DNA from: an uncultured Planctomycetia bacterium
GTDB lineage: Bacteria > Omnitrophota > Gorgyraeia > 2-02-FULL-51-18
Length of the DNA stretch: 64,000 nucleotides
Direction of reading: 5' to 3'
NCBI GenBank assembly: GCA_964642015.1
Contig: CAZXLF010000004.1
Location: 20,738-84,737, forward strand
Numbering within the stretch: the stretch's first letter is position 1; each line of letters opens with the position of its first letter. A program made the translations under genes and the position numbers. The notes beneath the pieces are model-generated. The model was not told the DNA's origin. It saw only the letters and a program-made list of their open reading frames with translations, and searched no databases. Of the stretch, positions 53,401 through 59,400 are shown piece after piece.

Positions 53401-56400
53401 GCCTCGCAGATCTAATGATTCGCCCCCATTCTGAACAGTCACAGAATAATTCTTAGGAAGATCCGAGTAGACTATTTTTCCTTCTTTAAGGATCACGGTG
53501 GCGCTGATCTTTTCCGGCAACTTCAGCAAAAATCGGGTGTGAGGAGAAGTGATCCTGGACGTCCGTTCACTGAATAAAGCAATGGCCTCGGCCAACCCGT
53601 CCTCATCCGGTTCTTTGCCTCTCCAAATTGCCCTCAAAGCGACTCCTTTATCCAGCAACGCTTTGTCTGTTTGCCCATGTAGGGCTTTCTCATAGGTCTT
53701 CGCTTTTTGAATGATACGCTGTACATCTTCTTTCTCCGCCGGAGCTAAAAAAACTTTTTCGGGAGCAGCATGGCCAGTCTTCATTTCTCTTGCTATGTCC
53801 GCTTTCAATTTTTTAGATAAAACTGAAATGCCGTCTTGTGTCAAATGCTCTTCGGATATCTTTCTTGGTGCATTTTTTGCTAGTCTTGCACCCTCATTTT
53901 TAGCGACCAGCCGGTCGAGTTGATTTTGAATAGACTGGATATCATTAAGGAGGCGCTGTTTCAATTTTTCCTTGGACGTCGGCGAGTTAAATAACCGCCC
54001 GGCTTTGACCATTAACTCCAGCCGGGAAACAAGAAGAGGGTTTCCGGAAGAATAAACTTTCGTGTTCGTTTCATTAGGCAGATCAACATTGAATAAGCCT
54101 AATTTAACGGTGCTTTCGGTCACTTCGTTCGTCTGATCATCGAAACGATAAAGATAATAAACATCAGAGTCTGGTCTGCGTTTGACAACAACAGCAATCC
54201 CTTGAGGAAGCCTGCCGAACGCCACAAACTCGGCCTGATTCATATCTTCCACATCTTTTTTCAGAAATGCATAATTTTCTCCGATATTGATCGAGCCCTT
54301 TTGCTCTATTTCCGACCGTTTATTGACATGAGAGATCAGGAATTGAGCCGCTTTCTTTTGATGGGCCAATTGCTTTTCAAATGTATCGAATGGATTGAAT
54401 GGAGAAGCATTTTCTTCCTCATGAGCTATTGTCGCAGTAGCTCTCCAGATGATAAGCTGTTCGAAACCGCCATGCGAAAGCCACCAATACGCTCCGCCGG
54501 CGGCTAATACAAAAACACTGATCGATATCAAAAAAACGCGCTTAACAGTATTCCTAGCCAACCGAGCGCCGAGATATCTTTCAAATTTTATTACCAAATC
54601 GAGTGTCAAAGATTTCCCCTGCAATTGAAATAAGTGATCCTGGGCTTGATTCAGTTGTTGATCCGCGTGACCGATCCATGCTTTGACTAGAGCAAACGTA
54701 TCCAATCCTTGAATATCGGGAAAGATCTCGATTAACGTTTTAAAAAGATTGGGCAAGAGAATGGTCATTAGCTGGATCGAGTGAATATCATGGGATAAAT
54801 TCATCAGAGATCGGCTGAATACATCGAACGCTACTGTCGCAGGCAGTTCGGTCTTCTTCTCACTCAGTGTTTTCAGAACGGACTGAATGTCGTTGTTGAT
54901 GCGATCGATGCTTTCAAAATAATGATGAACCAGTCCTCGCGAGCTAAGTTTATAAACTAAATCCATGAAACTAAATGCGCTACCCACATGCAACGTGAGA
55001 TTCCCTTGCAACATGTCACGCATTTCTTTTTCATTTAAGAAAGATCTGGCCTGGCTCAAATATACAGCAGCAGAATCCACAGAAATTCTTATATTGTCGA
55101 TAAGCTTACCGGCTTGGCTTAGTAATTGTTCTTTATTGAATTCTCCGCCCGCTAAACGCGCGCCGGAGGAAAAATCATTGTTCTTAACTATAATGTTGTA
55201 CCCCAGCCATGCGGGCTCTGAGCCGCCGGCCTGCGCGTTGACTGTGTACTCATTAACACCTTTAGGAAGTCGGTATTTAAATCGGATGCTGGGATGATCT
55301 TCATAGGCTTCCACAAACGTAGCGGGATATGACCCCCATTCACCGGGCAATTGATTGCCGGTATTATCAACTCTTGGATGATAAAACGTAAAAGCGACTT
55401 TATGCGCATCCATCTTTCTATCAAGATTGACGGTCCAATAAACTTCTCCGTTCTGATCGGGAGTTTGCGCACCATTTTCCAGTTCGGGCCAAGGGTTTCC
55501 AAAACTTCTGATCTCAGCGACGTCCACGACCCCGCGCAAGTTGGTCAAAGCCCTCGCCAAACGCGACAGCGGTCCATGCAACCTGAGCAATAGATTCCGA
55601 TCGTCCATGGAAAGAGAAGCGTCTTTGTTGATTTGCTCTACCACCTGGTCAATCATGGTCCTAGAGTCATGAATAAGATAGGCGTATTTGTCCCTGAAGT
55701 ATTTGTCCGTGAATTTGGCATCCTGCGGTTGGGCCTCAATATCTTTGGCCAAGTCATCCAATTGGTCCCAGGTCTTCAAAATGGGCATTGTGATATAAGG
55801 GACGTCGAAAATTTCGGCGGTCGCATTTTTTCTGGTTTTTAATATGGATTCTATTTCTTCATAAGCGCCCTTCAATATTTCTCTGGCATAAGAAGCCTTC
55901 TGCTGCAGCGATCTCGGCTGCTTGAAAAAACGCCGGATATCCAGGCCTTTTCCAGGAAAGGTCACTTGGATAAAAATAAACCGCTCGGTATCCTTTTTGT
56001 AAAAGACAAGCCACGATCGGCGGGTCATATTCAGCGGCGCTTCTTTGGATAAAGAGAATCTCGAAGCGACTGATTCCGGGATCTCGAATATCAAACCAGG
56101 CCTGTTGCGATAGTTTGTCGCGTCATGGTGAACCAACGCATCAGACAACGGCCTCCAAACAGAACTTTCCGCTGAAAGAACACGGTGATTTTGGAGAATG
56201 CTGTTCAAATTTTTTGATTCGCGATCAAGAGAGATCCCCATGTATAGATTTTCGGACCGATTGGAGGGATCTAGATATTCTGAATGTTCATATTCTTCGT
56301 AATGACGGATCAGATTGTTCACTGATTCCTGTGAATCGATCACGGGAGGAGGAGCAAGCTCCTCGTCACTTTCTGCTGCTGCCAAACGCGCACCGGACAA

Positions 56401-59400
56401 AACCGGCAGGATTTGATGAGAACGGCGAATAATGATTTGTTTTAAAAATTCTTCATCGCCGGGCTTGATCCGGTCTTCCAATCGTCGCTCTACAGTTTTT
56501 AATTCAGCCTCGTTCTCGAAATAAAATGGCTCATAGCCATTCCGAATCAGAAGGAAATTCGCCAACAACCAAGCCAAACGATGATGTCCGCTCGCCGCGT
56601 TGCTGAGCGTGTCATTTCCGCTGGATTCTATGATCTGATTAAATCCGGGCCTTCTGAAAAAAATCTGATACGCGGCGATATAAGCATATAGTTCTGCCGC
56701 CATATTTGGCGCACGATCAGGCTCTTTAGAAGTTTCGTTGACCAGATAAACGAGTGAATTATAGGGCCAAGCCATCCTGAGCTGTCTTTGATTGCTCTGA
56801 AGATAATCAGGGTTGGTGTCATCACCGCGAAGCTTTTCATACAATGTCACTATCTCCGGCCAGGTTATGTCTTGGATCTTTTGATCCGCATTGGTTCTAA
56901 CTAAAAGAGAGTTTAAATAGTTCACGGCTTCCAGAAAATGCGGATTGCGGTTGTAAATTTTCTCGGCATCGACCGTAACCTGCCCGTTTGCCAAACGAGT
57001 GCCTTGTGCAATGATCCGGTTTGATGCGAATTCAAAACCTTTTTGAGTCAAAGCATATGTGCGGATCGGTACCGTTTTCATATGCTGATCCACTGAAGGA
57101 ACAGCCCTGATCGCTTTATGCGTGACATCCACGAGATCGATCCATTCGTTTTTCAGTGCTTGCGATAATGCCTCCTCAAAACTCAAAGTAATCAAAATAA
57201 GGTTAGGCTGGAACAGCGTCCCTACGACAGCACTTTGCCGCACTAAACTGATCACAAGTTTTTCGGCGGTCCACTGTGTTTCTGTCAACCTAGCGCCTGA
57301 CTGACCAGCCGATGCACCGTTTTCGGATTGGCTCCTGTCCTGTGTCGTTTCCGCAAGTGTCAGAAGGTCACGAAGCTGCTGTTCACTGAAAGGCGTGATC
57401 TGTATGTCCCTATTTTCCAAGAGGCGTTTTATATCTTGGAAAGCCGCGCGATTCAAATCTTCTTGCCTGGGTAAAAGATAGAAATGCACATTGAAATCTT
57501 TTTGCAGCTTGTGCAAACGAGACAGCGCTTCTTCATTTGCGAAAAAATTCCTCAAATCGTTCAAATCTCGGTAAACCAGTTCCACAAAACCGGCTTTTTC
57601 CGGGATTTGAGCTGTGGACCATTCATGTATATACACGCGTGTGCGTAATTCGTGTGTTGGTTCCAATTCTTTGACCGGAGACAATCGGTCAGGAGTGATC
57701 GAATGCAATACAGCCAGATCAAGCGGATTTGCGCGATGGATATCGTCCAATAACTGCAGGATATGTCTGTAATTTAAATTTTCTTTTAGTTGTTCGGCAT
57801 TATAGTAAATATAGTGGCCGTTATTTGAGCCTGTGTTCGGTCCTCGGATAATTAAAAACGGTTTTTCTTGAGAGCCGATCTCGAAGGTCTCGCCCAAATC
57901 GCCAAATTTATAGGTAACGGAATTATCGGATACAGCTATAGCTCTCACCTCTCCTGTTGCCTTCGCTCGTTCAAGATGAGCAACCAAATTTTCGATTGGT
58001 TCCGCCGATTCCGCCAGCCGAGCGCCATTCCTTTGCAAGAATGAATTCAGTTGATCAAGCGCTTTTCTCAGATAACCATCGTCACCGATCAAAACTAGAT
58101 GTTCTTTTTTTAGAGCATGCGCATACTCATCTGTCATCAGACGTTCGACAATGAAGTTAACCTGATAGTGAATACCTTGCGCCATATCGTCATACATAGA
58201 TTCGGTGGCTCTGTGTTCTTCGTAGTCATCGATCAACTCCTGAAGCTGATGGCGCAATGTTTCCAATTCAGCCGCGATGGGCGCCGTCACCTGAACGCCG
58301 GACCGTTTAAACGCCACAAGAGCCGCGGATAATTGATCTTCTGCCGATTCCAAATTCGACAAGGGAGGATTTTCTGCAAACCGCGCTCCGGTCGGTTTTA
58401 AGTTCAACGCGCCAAATTCATTTTTAAGCATCTCCACAACATTTAATCTCACGCCATCTACCAAGGCTGTCGCTTCGGCGGCCGGCAGAACACCCCATTG
58501 ATCACGAGGATGCTCTGTGGAGGCCGATTTTGTACTGTCTGGCTGATTTAACAAAATATCTTCGTACTTCTTTATGTTAGTTTCCTGAAGAACTTGCGGG
58601 ACAATCGAAACATATGAGACGTTCCGTTCTTTAAGCAACGATTTCAGATGCTCGGTATGATAGCCGCCGGCGACTAGGACGGCTTTCTCGATTTTTTCCT
58701 CATCCATTTTTTTAAAAAGATTTTTCAGGAATGCTTCGTCTCTTTGCCTTGTGAGAGCATAAAATTCGGTGGCTTTTTGGAACGCCTCATCGTAGCCGGC
58801 ATCCAGGAAAAGAGCGTCTTCATAATGAGATGCCAGATCCATGATCTTTTTATTCAAGAAACCGCTGATTTGAATGATATTAAAGCTCTGCGGATCTTGG
58901 TCCAGTGCTCCGAAGTCCTGTGTGGTGAGGTTTAGATTAAATAGGCGCTTTAAAATTTCACAGCAGCCGTCAACCTGATGAAGTCTTTTTTCATCCGCGG
59001 TCCTCGCCAATGATTCATAAATCAATGATTCTAGGTTTTCTTTCTCTATGATGACTTTCTCGGGATTTACTTTTTCAGCTTCTTTCAGATAATCGAAATA
59101 TTTAAAGAGTTCGGGATATTCGTGAGCATTCTTGAGCTTCTCTTCCAAAAGCGCATAGAACGCCTTGGCTTCTTTGTGCTGGAACGCATCGATCGCAAAC
59201 GGATTATTGAGACCCTTCAGGTTTTGTTCGGTGAGTTCGACTTGATCTGTCTGAGAAAGTGATGAAAACGCTTTGATCTGTTCTTCGTTGGCTTTGCTAA
59301 AATCGATCGCAGCTTCTTTTTCTTTGATCTTCTTAAGCGCCGCCAAATAAGGGAAAGATTCAACAACATTCAGACCCATCTTCCTTGCTTCGTCGTTCAG

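Larger units (their letters stand above)
27391..58389 (-). repeat. 31 dispersed peptide linker motifs (23 GARLA, 5 GARLS, 1 GARLT, 1 GTRLA, 1 GARFA) in the giant ORF
   Basis: 15-nt motif positions (left coordinate): 58375, 58012, 57283, 56989, 56380, 55150, 54556, 53878, 49663, 48094, 45901, 44965, 44620, 43777, 43582, 41905, 41410, 40720, 39214, 37447, 37177, 35968, 34393, 33697, 33001, 32719, 32299, 31459, 29698, 28861, 27391. All are in frame and use varied synonymous codons. Confidence 0.92.

Noticed and set aside
27391-58389. GARL sites as CRISPR repeats, attC sites or shufflon recombination sites
   Set aside because: Spacing is irregular (180-4200 nt), the DNA varies at synonymous positions, there is no consistent palindrome, and no cas, integrase or recombinase gene is present.
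58441-58455. GVRLN near the N-terminus (and GAKLI at about 27166-27180) as extra linker motifs
   Set aside because: Two mismatches each and not clearly at domain borders; left out of the count.
27065-58935. Many 60-180-aa ORFs on the opposite strand or in alternative frames within the giant gene
   Set aside because: No motifs or convincing RBS; expected shadow ORFs of a long coding frame.
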